A stretch of DNA of 64,000 bases from a virus, in IMG/VR virus record IMGVR_UViG_3300046539_000057, positions 3,499-67,498 of that record. One strand, given 5' to 3'. How positions within the stretch are numbered: the stretch's first letter is position 1; the number at the start of each line of letters is the position of its first letter. A program made the position numbers and the translations under genes. Positions 40,501 to 45,949 of the stretch are shown here, in pieces. The notes beneath the pieces were generated by a model. It ran no database searches, had not been told where the DNA came from, and was given only the letters and a program-made list of their open reading frames with translations.

Positions 40501-40517
40501 TGGAGGTCGAGCGATGA
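28527..40517 (+). CDS. Giant DarB-like polyvalent virion protein (3996 aa): FtsK-gamma-like, N6-MTase, strawberry-notch-type SF2 helicase, zincin-like and PLxRFG domains
   Basis: EPTAGNG and NPPF (~32570-32760); ADQTGIGKGR (~33760); DESH (~34140); HELLH (~37210); APLSRFG (~38530). Confidence 0.92.
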   Translation: MKNIAQLREEMPDLLGGLSDADALDVLHQAYYPDLPIEQVAQAVGYKPEPAAAPAAPAAPQGERSWGQVAADTGRGLMAGAAGLVEGVGTAYGLATGDMENGVRTLGKDAGEYWQEGMSPQLKAHQQARAEAMKGADGMLEKGWTGLKETITDPTLLLDGIAQSAASFVPGMAAGRVAGAATMARGMAAGPMSEAAAAAAAKMAGTVGTGVAVGTGAVQQGASVASDTYDRSLQTAAEELAAHPDFQARVQAGEDPTAVFRDMATGAARASFGPATAISAVLNALPGGSAIEKALVGGAARQGAGGLMKNVGMAGAGEFLSEGGEEGGGAFAGNVARRAFVDPSASLSENVGESAGVGAATGLAMGGPAGIFHAGPAAEPTPDPLAPPSPAIVPPAVPPVAPPGAGPLTRAAAAGAAAAATAAGAANPAAAAGFVPPTPATMANPAPGAGLDPNDPFAGSPLVAPGVPGSLQTQPMVARPDLSTAAPPDVDLTQPAGSAFQQREADRPEIVVQPQQPGDIVNRQGAPFKTMGAAQTALASAGEGAEIVPVAGGLVIRPKGNADGVPGGQPGPARSGDAGGGAAAGGDARGGVAAADGVPVGGPVQPVVAAPGGAGQEGGVPADGGVADGAVDDLYAQAEALVRGLGRGAQMEMQRHLRIGYNRAKGLLEQLEARGVLGPQGENFARPVIAQGQSDSPAASPGAQAAPAGEGAAGAAGAVDVPAAGAADLQAAGLTAPAGEYRPGQAIDLDGRKWTVKAVAHTGREITVATNDGGVFREERIQVEQAAPSTAAPSTKEVEGGGSTVQTPAPAPEAARVGPSEASRRDQAGNVLEVGDTVEGYGASGRVIADWNQNLEGRWFAVDADGSTIGSPSRLMKQAPAAAPAPAEPPNSEVVEHVTEKGKTIRGVWRDDFTERQAKEIDPYSFNANGKGWFIREKHLGQLPPKGEPPKDVRTQRQERIDAARDKSPAVQFGRAMRAEGLEMEGTDAFDWSADLGDGHEVHAKLDRDGNVRVRRIVNGEEVATTVTVREKAGEVVAQMRADSAMEKKQPPAAAPAPRPVTVTPAGPGAFAITIDPSAGRPPPATEEAAPKDGKAAPQVSGNTVFTEDAAEKARAVLRAKLRGQLNSGIDPEILQAGMTLAGYHIEKGARTFAAYAKAMIADLGEGIRPYLKSFYLAVKFDPRAAAFEGMDGAAAVESAEIEASVSPEAAPADTKPAAEAAADTKSAADLTERLLTEIEAGRMPKDNPALKKLVEAFDGKPADPARMKQAQEALEVAIVRRSRGIVHEAPIRGVRGTFDRLLELYNSQPNLNVRTSTSIANQAYSTPAPLAYLASRLSAITKQSTVYEPTAGNGMLLIAADPKKALANELNDERRAALKAQGFNATGQDATTYAPGEGGIDAVIANPPFGPHAEVRFDGYKVTAIDHVIAARALAAMADNGHATLILGANMKAGGQSEADRIFMNWLYGHYNVTGHFEVEGDLYARQGAGWPVRVINIAGRKRSSTIAPKVGTIQRASTWEQVYEHYQQALAARRQPDASAAAGPVGPGADARTDGPGAVPAAPGEQAAAAGPAADAQGAPRGARGVPGEPAGDLQPGAGGTDAAGTGAGAGAERQPAAAPQPDRLEPAGNDKAEPGAKPGRVPGAAGALTPPEQANTFQAKYVPRSSRKDEDVLIPVNMAQPLQDALSQLEDQVGDIDEFAAKELGYDSIEQMHEALMGLQVDAVAAAIYQIKERGKGIIIADQTGIGKGRSAAAMIRWAMRNGRVPIFMTATDNLFTSMYDDLQDIGSTDAQPFIVNREAFVSGEGSEKLFTNRSSVLHSRTIDQIAATGTLPAGTNVAFLTYTQINVDNRQRKAIMALADKAVFILDESHKAGGDSATGKFMQGAIGLAQGTVYLSATFAKRPDNMPLYSKTDLGDSMDSEALQAAMAAGGLPLQTVVSANLVAAGQLFRRERSFEGISIVTETDTAHREEHRDIADRATEALRAIVAADHAFHTTFFDELREQYEEAGEGNRALDGAGNQASDSVNRTEFSSVVHNFVRQILLGMTAQTAADDALAAVKRGERALIAFENTMGSFLNEYAQQNGLKPGDKLGIYDYRNVLSRALERSRYYKLKKANGDDERVQVPLSQLDPETYDAYRRAQEVIDALRIKLPASPIDWMRHVITSGGHTVKEITGRTMRVDYSDPKAPTLENMAKEEMDNRVLTAREFNGSDGVAPSLDVILLNVAGSTGISLHAAAKFANQSKRHMIVAQAAGDINTFMQMLGRSNRTGQVVKPGYKLLQPDLPAVRRPAAVLSSKMKKLNANTSSNTESATSVEAVDMLNKYGDQVVSQYLADNPLLAAELRLEPSEDAENATEGIAMKATGRMALMPVSVQDEFNEEVEAQYRALIEYLDKTNQNDLVPRTYDYDAKELKTQVLYEGEKPESPFGADAIYGEYSIKAQGKSMTPAEIQAEMERNLEGKRGEAHVKAIVDRLEAAFLPWAGSIPEALRETAEMQRRTAREFLQQHPIGTLVRVQINEDAYNAAVLNIRSTHKTAGNPFAMSKIQVTVAVNGALRQVTVPATQFRKIEVANLQQTYRLAQLFEAARENDRETVKIVTGNLLAAYGEIRTAGRIISFTKGDGTTEQGILLPKKFTLAEHTDQTYRLRSAEQGLRFLVESTNELTAKWGLNSRDRTVKVLQDQRLGIDHSQPGIQIIVPKSKAKGGKFFLDKELLQHTGDFVSHGDKMIVHVTGRAKSIAAIERLMSKTALYVPQSMAEEAKTKLPPTESLSISEATQATGDKQVSPLQNRGNAQPSATDTERVAKLAERLAPAYPGRVFHAAAAPTGRGGRPGSTAGAATWVAKRLFGHDAVWVRFDGEPLFNGAFSAVIPDAIFLNADADKPHLAVLGHELLHRLRRERPDVYAQLQNRLARVLKDVDQFRNALAAKYKEQGYELPGNWMEELHADIVGDFFVDPAFWREIGKTQPALFRRVAAAIMKFLDDVKASLTGRPFGTEAFLSDIDAARAAVAEAMGEFSKGEGAPVHQAEGAESLSLASALRAGNVRDLGIGMGYKINDLVEQHGTLSTWQKTVGTPFNLAKRSAVFRRVFDAVQSFLGDVSHYANQAADLAPTILPKLEHLRDLLKTPLTGADKKALAAPIFEGTLSWVRGVDGKPVRVETLEEAAEQMTVHDKAQELMHQQRVDPSLIRMWQGRDIATYETIINNRYAHEFLRGGIVWTDAELRSQHKLDARQIKLYREFRAATDKSLDNLAVSEALRLMGKAAADVREQALDAKTLDAAFAVLEAKQLELDQALEAGTQGERDAINVSAAKLIEIKQRALDLKERGYAPLSRFGQFSVDVTRGDERIHFGLYESQAEANRAARQWRGKEPGATVSQGTMAQETYKQFQGVSPETLAVFADVLGLDKDEAFQGYLQKAVSGRSALKRLIHRKGIAGYSPDVGRVLASFVTSNARRTSSNLHTGEIEASAAAIPKQSGQMADYARQMVDYALTPQEEAQSLRSVLFAQYIGGSIASALVNMTQPITMTVPYLSQHIGGSKAAAHVARAWKDLASGKTGDAALDKALEQAEEDGIVAPQEIHHLQAQAAGRGVLHGGDGTKLGEWRATGSLAFARANLVWVRLFGWAEQVNRRTTFIAAYRIAKEKPSLGDPVAFARDAINETQGIYNRGNRARFARGAVGATLMTFKQYSVAYVELLTRLAKSGKDGRRAALLMLALLVLTAGMDDLPFIEDLEDVVDGIAQRLGWNFSLKERRNAAVEAVVGKGMARFLAKGISGVSGMPLDVSGRMGMGDLIPGTGLFMKKADHTRDVIGIAGPAGDLATRVATAAGQALGGEFGAAAKSVAPRAAANMAQSASMLQHGEYRDQAGRKVVETTPVEAALKFAGFQPNVVARDSEINYSATRESAAIRLEKSEIAAAWAQGVVDKDPDAVRAARQRLKRWNARNPEAPISIKIPQIRQRIKHLRESRADRTIANAPKEIRARVKNDLEVER
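29804..29879. repeat. 25-bp palindrome copies 2 (29804-29828) and 3 (29855-29879, variant)
   Basis: Copy 2 is identical to 7372-7396; copy 3 (AAACCCTGCACCCGGTGCAGGGTTA) carries symmetric substitutions. Confidence 0.85.
30214..30420 (+). CDS. Nested 68-aa gene in the +1 frame of the giant ORF
   Basis: AAGGGG RBS; nearly all codons end in G/C in this frame while host-frame third positions become A/T-rich. Confidence 0.75.
   Translation: MVYLGDSLDPLDPAMQEAVQQQVVTLEEAWQLQMEFLWGDPYSPWSPHLVAPAKRVEFLQMEAWPTVQ
30577..30729 (+). CDS. Possible nested 50-aa gene in the +1 frame (TTG start)
   Basis: GGGAG RBS before TTG; GC3 bias shifts to this frame. Confidence 0.4.
   Translation: MRVPSSHKARATRLPPAPEPKRRRRERALQEQQEPLTFPLPEPPIYKPLG
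33100..33480 (+). CDS. Nested 126-aa helical gene in the +1 frame of the giant ORF
   Basis: GGGAG upstream; strong GC3 bias; Leu/Glu/Gln-rich product; host frame is a low-complexity linker. Confidence 0.8.
   Translation: MSTTSKHWLPDGSLTPAQQLALSVPERTHAPMDQEQYLLRLESKLQRLAQQLTPKELREALEVSLESLPEIYSLAQEGLTPPELAQALVQSDSLRLLLNLIDWSRPGTTRPSPEQSLDEFLEQLAL
36916..37170 (+). CDS. Possible nested +1-frame ORF behind an internal promoter-like sequence
   Basis: GTGACA-17-CAAAAT just upstream; GC3 shift covers only the 5' part. Confidence 0.3.
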   Translation: MPSPALPTPNESPSSPNDSPRPIPGVCFTLLLRQLDEADGLVPPLAPLPGSPSDCSATTPCGSASTASPCSTVHSAPSSPTRSS

Positions 40518-40639
40518 AAGACCTGGGCGCCGCCTGCGCGGCGTTCGGCATCGCCTTCGCCGTGCACGCCTTCCTCGGCTGGTGGGGGCTGGCCGGCGTC
40601 GCGCTGCTGCTGTGGTGGCTGTACCGACAAGGGCCCTGA
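40514..40639 (+). CDS. 41-aa membrane peptide
   Basis: GGAGG RBS, ATGA coupling, almost wholly hydrophobic. Confidence 0.6.
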   Translation: MKDLGAACAAFGIAFAVHAFLGWWGLAGVALLLWWLYRQGP

Positions 40640-40655
40640 TCCGCACGGATTCGCG

Positions 40656-40683
40656 TTGACTCTCGGCGATGTGCGGGTGCAAT
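40656..40683 (+). promoter_or_regulatory. Candidate sigma70 promoter for the lysis cassette
   Basis: TTGACT-16-TGCAAT; holin ATG follows within 6 nt and has no SD (possibly leaderless). Confidence 0.4.
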
Positions 40684-40688
40684 GCACC

Positions 40689-41087
40689 ATGCGCCCGTAC
40701 ATCGCCCGCTTGGCCCTGTGCCTGTCGTTCCTGGCACCGTTCCATGCCCAGGCCGCTGACGTCATCACGGGCGACAAGTCGCCCCTGAGCTACCCGCTCA
40801 AGCAGTACGGGTTCGTGCTCGGGATGGCCCTCCTTGGAGGCTTCGTGAACTGGTACAGCCTTGTCCGCAAGGGCGAGCTCTCTGGAACGAGCATCACCGC
40901 ACTGGTCGGCGAGCTCACCACCTCGGCGCTGGCCGGGCTGCTCGCCTTCTTCGTGTGCGAGTGGCTGGGGATCTCCCCGCTGCTCACCGGCGCAGTGGTC
41001 GGCATCACAGGCCACATGGGCACGCGGGCCCTGGCGCTCGGCGAAGAAGCCTTGAAGCGCAAGGTCAACCGCGAAACCGACAAGTGA
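40689..41087 (+). CDS. Holin (LydA-like) with N-terminal signal-peptide-like extension
   Basis: LLGG.V.W, GEL.TS..AGL..F..C, G..GHMGTRA motifs; basic C-tail; upstream of the endolysin. Confidence 0.85.
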   Translation: MRPYIARLALCLSFLAPFHAQAADVITGDKSPLSYPLKQYGFVLGMALLGGFVNWYSLVRKGELSGTSITALVGELTTSALAGLLAFFVCEWLGISPLLTGAVVGITGHMGTRALALGEEALKRKVNRETDK

Positions 41088-41091
41088 TGCC

Positions 41092-41595
41092 ATGGACTTC
41101 GACCAGGCTTTCGAGCGGCTGATCGGCCACGAAGGCGGGTTCACCCAGGACACCCGCGACCGCGGGAACTGGACCGGCGGCGAGGTGGGCCGCGGTGTCT
41201 GCAAGGGCACCAAGTACGGCATCAGCGCAGCGGCGTATCCCGGCGAGGACATCGAGCACCTGACGCTCGCCCACGCCAAGCTGCTCTACGCGCGCGACTA
41301 CTGGGGCCCGGCCGGCTGCGACGCGGCGCCCGTGGGCATCAAGTTCGACCTGTTCGACATGGCGGTCAACTCCGGCGTGCGCGCGGCCATCAAGGCGCTG
41401 CAGCGCGCGGTCGGCGAGGACGTCGACGGCATCCTGGGCGTGCGCACGATCATGGCCGTGCAGAGCATGCCGGCGCTGCGCCTGCTGGCGCGCTTCAACG
41501 GCGCGCGGCTCGAGTACATGGCCTCGGCCGTCACCTGGCCGGCGCACGGGCGCGGCTGGGTGCGCCGCGTGGCGCTGAACCTGCTCGCCGCATGA
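41092..41595 (+). CDS. Endolysin, glycoside hydrolase family 108
   Basis: HEGG, D.D.G..T, TKYGIS, Y..DYW, FD.AVNSG, DG.LG..T, GW..R motifs. Confidence 0.95.
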   Translation: MDFDQAFERLIGHEGGFTQDTRDRGNWTGGEVGRGVCKGTKYGISAAAYPGEDIEHLTLAHAKLLYARDYWGPAGCDAAPVGIKFDLFDMAVNSGVRAAIKALQRAVGEDVDGILGVRTIMAVQSMPALRLLARFNGARLEYMASAVTWPAHGRGWVRRVALNLLAA

Positions 41596-42182
41596 TCCCG
41601 CTGCTGATCGGCTGGTTCGCGGAGAAGGCCTGGCCGATCGTGGCGGCGCTCGCCGCGCTGGCGCTGCTGGCCGGCTGCGTGCTGCTGCTCGAGCTCCACG
41701 GCGCCGGGCGCGGCCGCGCCGAGGTGCGCGCCGAGTGGGATGCGGCCAAGGACCGGCAGCGCGCGGTGGATGCCACCTACCGGGCCCGCCTGGAGGCCGA
41801 CTACAGGGAGATTTCCGATGGAGCAAGAAACCAGCTGGCGCGCGTGCGCACCGATGCTGCTGCTGCTGGCCGCGCTGGCGAGCGGCTGCGCGACGTCTAT
41901 GCCGCCGCCGTCGCCCGCGGCTGCCCCGCCGATCCCGCAGGAGGCGAAGCAGCCGCCGGTGCCGGAAATCTGCTCGCCGACGTGCAGCGCCGGCTTGGAG
42001 AGGCTGCTGGAGAGCTTGCGGCGGTCGCTGACTACCGAGGCGCCGCCGGCGCCGCCTGCGAGCGCGCCCTGACGGCGGCCAGCACGGCCAGCCCGACGCC
42101 CATGAGCGCCCAGGTGGTGGGCTCCGGCGCCGGCGAGACCGAGCCGACGTCGCCCTCGATCACGAGCCAGGCCGGCCGGTAG
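41592..42182 (+). CDS. Inner-membrane spanin (Rz-like)
   Basis: N-terminal TM segment, coiled coil, AG.ACE motif. Confidence 0.85.
   Translation: MIPLLIGWFAEKAWPIVAALAALALLAGCVLLLELHGAGRGRAEVRAEWDAAKDRQRAVDATYRARLEADYREISDGARNQLARVRTDAAAAGRAGERLRDVYAAAVARGCPADPAGGEAAAGAGNLLADVQRRLGEAAGELAAVADYRGAAGAACERALTAASTASPTPMSAQVVGSGAGETEPTSPSITSQAGR
41818..42072 (+). CDS. Embedded outer-membrane spanin lipoprotein (Rz1-like)
   Basis: AGGGAG RBS, lipobox LASG-C, Pro-rich mature part, nested in Rz. Confidence 0.85.
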   Translation: MEQETSWRACAPMLLLLAALASGCATSMPPPSPAAAPPIPQEAKQPPVPEICSPTCSAGLERLLESLRRSLTTEAPPAPPASAP

Positions 42183-42610
42183 TCGTAGAGGTAGGACAGC
42201 ACCGTGCCGCCGCCGGCGCGCGCGGCCTGCACGAACAGCCCCGCCTCGTCGGCGAACGTGCCGCCCAGGTCGGCCGCCCAGGTCTGGTAGCAGAACCAGC
42301 GCCCGAAGGGGCCCGCGTTGGCGGTGCCGGCCTCGAACGAGGCGGCGGTGTTGCCCAGGGCGTCGAACACCAGCGAGTCCAGCTGCGCGACGGTGGGCAG
42401 CTGCCAGCCCGTGACGCCGGCCACTTCGATCTGCCCGGCGTACATGCGCACGAACCAATTGAACGACTGCGGCTCGGCCTGCCACGTCAGGCTGGTGGAG
42501 CTGTCGAAGTAGGCGTCCACGGTCCCATTGGCGTCGAGGTCGCGCTGCTCGAGCGTGGCGTGGACGGCGGTGGCGACGAGCATGGCGAGGGCGCAGAGCA
42601 GTCGTTTCAT
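42032..42610 (-). CDS. PEP-CTERM surface protein with DUF1566/Lcl-like domain
   Basis: AAGGAG RBS; signal peptide; D....LTW and GW.LPT motifs; C-terminal APEPTTWALMGVGLAVLAAVRAR. Confidence 0.88.
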   Translation of the reverse strand: MKRLLCALAMLVATAVHATLEQRDLDANGTVDAYFDSSTSLTWQAEPQSFNWFVRMYAGQIEVAGVTGWQLPTVAQLDSLVFDALGNTAASFEAGTANAGPFGRWFCYQTWAADLGGTFADEAGLFVQAARAGGGTVLSYLYDYRPAWLVIEGDVGSVSPAPEPTTWALMGVGLAVLAAVRARSQAAPAAPR

Positions 42611-42664
42611 GGCGGTCTCCTTCGTGGTGGCAGGGTAGGGCGCCGCGCGGGCGCCGTGGGTGGT

Positions 42665-42868
42665 CTAGCGCTCGGTGTCCAGCCTCGATTCGTGGGGTGC
42701 GGCGCGCGCGGCCTCAACGATCCGGCGGAAGTCCGCCACCGGGATGCCGTAGGAGTAGCACCCCTGCGAGAGCATGCCGAAGCCGAGCAGCTTAGGGCGG
42801 CCCATGGGAAGCCACTCGGCGCGGAAGCCGGCGGCCTTGGCGATTGCTACGAGCTCGTCGTCGGTCAT
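42665..42868 (-). CDS. Hypothetical protein
   Basis: ATGA-coupled last ORF of the leftward operon. Confidence 0.6.
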   Translation of the reverse strand: MTDDELVAIAKAAGFRAEWLPMGRPKLLGFGMLSQGCYSYGIPVADFRRIVEAARAAPHESRLDTER

Positions 42869-43179
42869 GGTCTCAGTCGGGTCGGCGGGAGGTAGCGGAA
42901 CGGGTCGTGGCTGGGGTCGGCCAGCTGGAACAGCACGTCGTCGCTGTAGAGCGAGCGGACGGCCATCACGGCGCGCGTGCTGGCGTCGGCGTGGGTGATG
43001 CGGGTCATGTCCCCGCCGAACACCGCGGCGGCCGCCTGGGCGGCATCCTCGAGCACGACGCGGTAGAAGCTCTCCAGGCGGTCCAGCAGCAGCTGGGCCT
43101 CGACGTCGGCGTCCGCCGGGTAGGCGTTGAAGCCGGCGCGCTGCGCCAGGGTGAGGAATCTGTCTCTGTCCAACGTCAT
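42865..43179 (-). CDS. Hypothetical protein
   Basis: AGGAG RBS, coupled. Confidence 0.65.
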   Translation of the reverse strand: MTLDRDRFLTLAQRAGFNAYPADADVEAQLLLDRLESFYRVVLEDAAQAAAAVFGGDMTRITHADASTRAVMAVRSLYSDDVLFQLADPSHDPFRYLPPTRLRP

Positions 43180-43496
43180 GTCTCCTGGGTGGCGGCGTCG
43201 ATGGCGGCGCGCATGACCTTGATGTATTGGCCGTCCTGTCCGACGTAGCCAGACCGCTGGCAGCGAGTCACGGCCCCAGTCAGCGCATCCAGCAGCGTCG
43301 CCTTCGACCGCTCTGCCGCATCAAGGCGCGCCTGCAGCGATGCGAGGGCGGCGTCGGCGTCGGCCTTGCGGACGAGGGGATGCCACCCGCGAACCTCGTA
43401 CAGGGTCAGCGGGGAATGTCCCAGATACTCGCGCGTGTTGTCCGCATCAATCCACGCCACCACAGGCAGCGGAGGCACAGTGAGGTCGGCGCTCAT
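43176..43496 (-). CDS. Hypothetical protein
   Basis: AAGGAG RBS, coupled. Confidence 0.65.
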   Translation of the reverse strand: MSADLTVPPLPVVAWIDADNTREYLGHSPLTLYEVRGWHPLVRKADADAALASLQARLDAAERSKATLLDALTGAVTRCQRSGYVGQDGQYIKVMRAAIDAATQET

Positions 43497-43996
43497 GCTG
43501 GCTCCTTGGTCTTGATGTGCGACGCGACCCAGGCGCGCATGTGCTGCCATCGCTCCTCGGCGGCGCGCTCTCTCGGGACGCTGCGGGTGCGGTTGTGCCG
43601 CTCCCAGTAGGGGGAGTGCGGCCGCATCGGGCCGCATATCACGATGTCGATCCACTTGTAGTCGTCGATCGCCTCGTCGTTCTCAAACACGATCTCGCGC
43701 ACCAGGGCCGGCGCGATGCCGAAGGCCTTGGCGACCGCCTGCCAGTCATCCGGGTCCAGTGCGTCGATATCCATGCCGCGAACGCGGCCGAGCGCGCCGA
43801 GCGTGCAGTAGTCGCCGTCTGCTGTAACCAGCGAGTCGGCTGCCAGCGCCTTCTCTGGCATCTCGTCGAGCGCGGCGGCGATCTCGCGCAGCGCCTGCTG
43901 CCCGCGCTTGCCGCGCAGCGCTGACGCGACGGCGCCGCGCCACATGATGTGCCGCCAGGTGTCCTCGACATCGTCGGTGTAGCCGCTGCGGCTCAT
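43493..43996 (-). CDS. Conserved-type phage hypothetical protein
   Basis: MSRSGY.DD...WRGAVASA.RGKRGQ, C.LG, EIV.END motifs. Confidence 0.8.
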   Translation of the reverse strand: MSRSGYTDDVEDTWRHIMWRGAVASALRGKRGQQALREIAAALDEMPEKALAADSLVTADGDYCTLGALGRVRGMDIDALDPDDWQAVAKAFGIAPALVREIVFENDEAIDDYKWIDIVICGPMRPHSPYWERHNRTRSVPRERAAEERWQHMRAWVASHIKTKEPA

Positions 43997-44814
43997 GCCC
44001 CGCCCTCCGGCTGTCCCTTGAGCGCAGCGCGCACGATGGCCTGCACGTTGTCCAGAGTCAGCAGGTACTCGCCGCGCGGCGTCATCTGCTTGGCGTGCGT
44101 GGCGGCCCAGTCGTCGATCTGCTGGCGGGTCGGCTCGGCCTGTGCACCGCGCGCGGCGGCGTACACGAGGGGGCGCGCCACGTAGCCTTTGTCGACGCTC
44201 AGTTGTCCAACATAGGTGCGCTCGCTGTAATCAACGATGGCGTGCCCAGTGATGGGGTGCCGGAATTCGTAGGCAACGATAGCCGGCTCGGCCTGTGCAC
44301 CGCGCGCGGCGAGTGCGGCCAGTTCGGCGATGGCCTGCGAGGCCGGCACCGCCAACTCATGCGGGCTGGCGTCGCCCTGCCACTCGTTGCCCCCCATCGC
44401 CTCGTTGAGCGCGGCGAGCACCTGCATCGGCAGGCCCTTGCGCGGCGGCGGCTCGGCCTGGGCGGCTGGCGGTGCTGCCTGCTGGGCGAGGGCGGCTTCA
44501 GCGACAAGCGCCTCGAACTTCTGCCGCGTTTCCTCCGACCGGCGGTTTTGCGCGTAGGACTCGCTATCGGCCTGCGCCCCATAGGTTTGCCCAAGGGAGA
44601 ACGCGCGCCTCAGTAGCGCCTCGGTGTTGTCGCTCACCAGCCCCATCTGCGTGGCCAGGCGCTTGACGACGGACTTGCTGTAGACGGGCTGCGCCTGGGA
44701 TGACGACGAGACCGGCAGGTGGTAGTAGGCGCCGCGCCACACGATGCGGTCGCACTTGTCGGGCACCGGCTGCACATAGCTGTCGGTGGGCGGCTCGATG
44801 ATGTTGTCGCTCAT
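43993..44814 (-). CDS. Modular early protein with AQAEP junction repeats
   Basis: AAGGAGG RBS; AQAEP three times. Confidence 0.7.
   Translation of the reverse strand: MSDNIIEPPTDSYVQPVPDKCDRIVWRGAYYHLPVSSSSQAQPVYSKSVVKRLATQMGLVSDNTEALLRRAFSLGQTYGAQADSESYAQNRRSEETRQKFEALVAEAALAQQAAPPAAQAEPPPRKGLPMQVLAALNEAMGGNEWQGDASPHELAVPASQAIAELAALAARGAQAEPAIVAYEFRHPITGHAIVDYSERTYVGQLSVDKGYVARPLVYAAARGAQAEPTRQQIDDWAATHAKQMTPRGEYLLTLDNVQAIVRAALKGQPEGGA
44131..44311. repeat. 28-bp direct repeat CGGCTCGGCCTGTGCACCGCGCGCGGCG (44131-44158, 44284-44311)
   Basis: Exact copies flank a lower-GC in-frame module. Confidence 0.8.
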
Positions 44815-45176
44815 TGCGCCTCCTTGGCGATGGCTTCGGACCACTCGGTGCCACCCTCGACGGCGGTGGCGATGCGCCAGCGCGCGGCCGGCGGCAAGTC
44901 CTTCCACAGGCAGCAGTCGGCCGCGCCGTGGGTGGTGATGGCTTCCTCGCCGCACACCGGGCAATGCAGCTGGCTCAAGCCGGTATCGGCGTCGCTCGAG
45001 TGCAGGTGCTCGCAGCACTCGACGGCATCCTCCTCCTCGTCGTGCTCGTCGTCGCAGTGCGGGCAGCAGTAGCGCGTGCGCAGCACCTCGCGCGGCCTGG
45101 GCGGCCCGGAGGCCGCGCAATCGGCGATCCAGGCTGCGCTCTGCATGTTCGATCGGGTCAGTGGGCTCAATCGCAT
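44811..45176 (-). CDS. Cys-rich zinc-binding protein
   Basis: AGGAG RBS; CPHC...CC and CPVC...CC. Confidence 0.75.
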   Translation of the reverse strand: MRLSPLTRSNMQSAAWIADCAASGPPRPREVLRTRYCCPHCDDEHDEEEDAVECCEHLHSSDADTGLSQLHCPVCGEEAITTHGAADCCLWKDLPPAARWRIATAVEGGTEWSEAIAKEAQ

Positions 45177-45190
45177 GTGGGTCTCCTGGG

Positions 45191-45288
45191 AGAAGAAAAA
45201 GGGGGTGCGCCTGGCATCGCCGGCCCTGCGCGTCCGATCCGGGAAGTACAGCGGGAGGAGGGTGTTAAATGGACCCGGATCGGCCCCC
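45191..45288 (-). ncRNA. Candidate structured RNA/terminator-like element
   Basis: Perfect 10-bp stem 45234-45243/45274-45283, outer G5/C5 stem, U-run on the minus strand. Confidence 0.45.
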
Positions 45289-45298
45289 GTGAACTGGT

Positions 45299-45949
45299 TC
45301 AGGCGATGGACAGCGCTTCGGTCGCGGTGGCACCGCGCAGCAGGGCCTCGAGCTCGTCGACCGTGCCCTTGAAGCGGATCAGGTCGAGTTCCAGGGCGTC
45401 GATCGCCCGGTCGTCGCGCAGGATGCGGCGCACCGTGAGGTCGCGGCCGATGGGCGACAGGTCCGGCGCCCACAGCACCAGGTCCCACCACTCGCGCTCG
45501 AGCAGCCACATCGCACCGTAGCACTGGTCGATGTAGTCGCTGATGTCGCCGCCGAGCACCTTGAACAGCTGGTCCGTGCCGACGAGGGTCTTGCACTCGA
45601 AGCCGCCGTCGCGCCCGATCAGGCCGTCGACCGACACGCCGTAGCGCGCGCAATCGCTGGTGATGAACCCGGCCTCCTCGACGATCACGCCGTGGCGCAC
45701 CTCGTACTCGATGCGCGCCACGCCCTCCTGCTCGGTGCCGAAGCGCATGGCCGCCGTTTCGTAGGGGCCGGCGTCAGGGATGCCGGTGACGCGCTCGCGC
45801 GCCACCTTGCGGGCGTATTTCAGGCAGTCCGCCGACGGCGCGCCGCTCTTGAGCCGGTCGCGGCAGAACTTGAAGTTCGAGCCGGTGATGACGCCCGCGC
45901 GGGCGGCCTTCCAGGCGTCGGTGCCTTGCGCGTGGTTGTGGACGATCAT
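45299..45949 (-). CDS. YqaJ/lambda-exonuclease-family nuclease
   Basis: QGT..W...R.G.IT.S, G...E..AR..YE, S.DGL, ECK motifs. Confidence 0.92.
   Translation of the reverse strand: MIVHNHAQGTDAWKAARAGVITGSNFKFCRDRLKSGAPSADCLKYARKVARERVTGIPDAGPYETAAMRFGTEQEGVARIEYEVRHGVIVEEAGFITSDCARYGVSVDGLIGRDGGFECKTLVGTDQLFKVLGGDISDYIDQCYGAMWLLEREWWDLVLWAPDLSPIGRDLTVRRILRDDRAIDALELDLIRFKGTVDELEALLRGATATEALSIA

Noticed and set aside
33312-41279. 2655-aa minus-strand ORF, plus other long antisense ORFs (5267-7462, 9682-12174, 13158-16253, 16018-19179)
   Set aside because: Antisense shadows of high-GC3 genes; no motifs and shadow-typical composition
41818-42072. Nested ORF in the spanin gene as a novelty
   Set aside because: Embedded Rz/Rz1 arrangement is well established
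42032-42610. DUF1566/Lcl-like domain as a DGR target
   Set aside because: No reverse transcriptase or template/variable repeat pair seen
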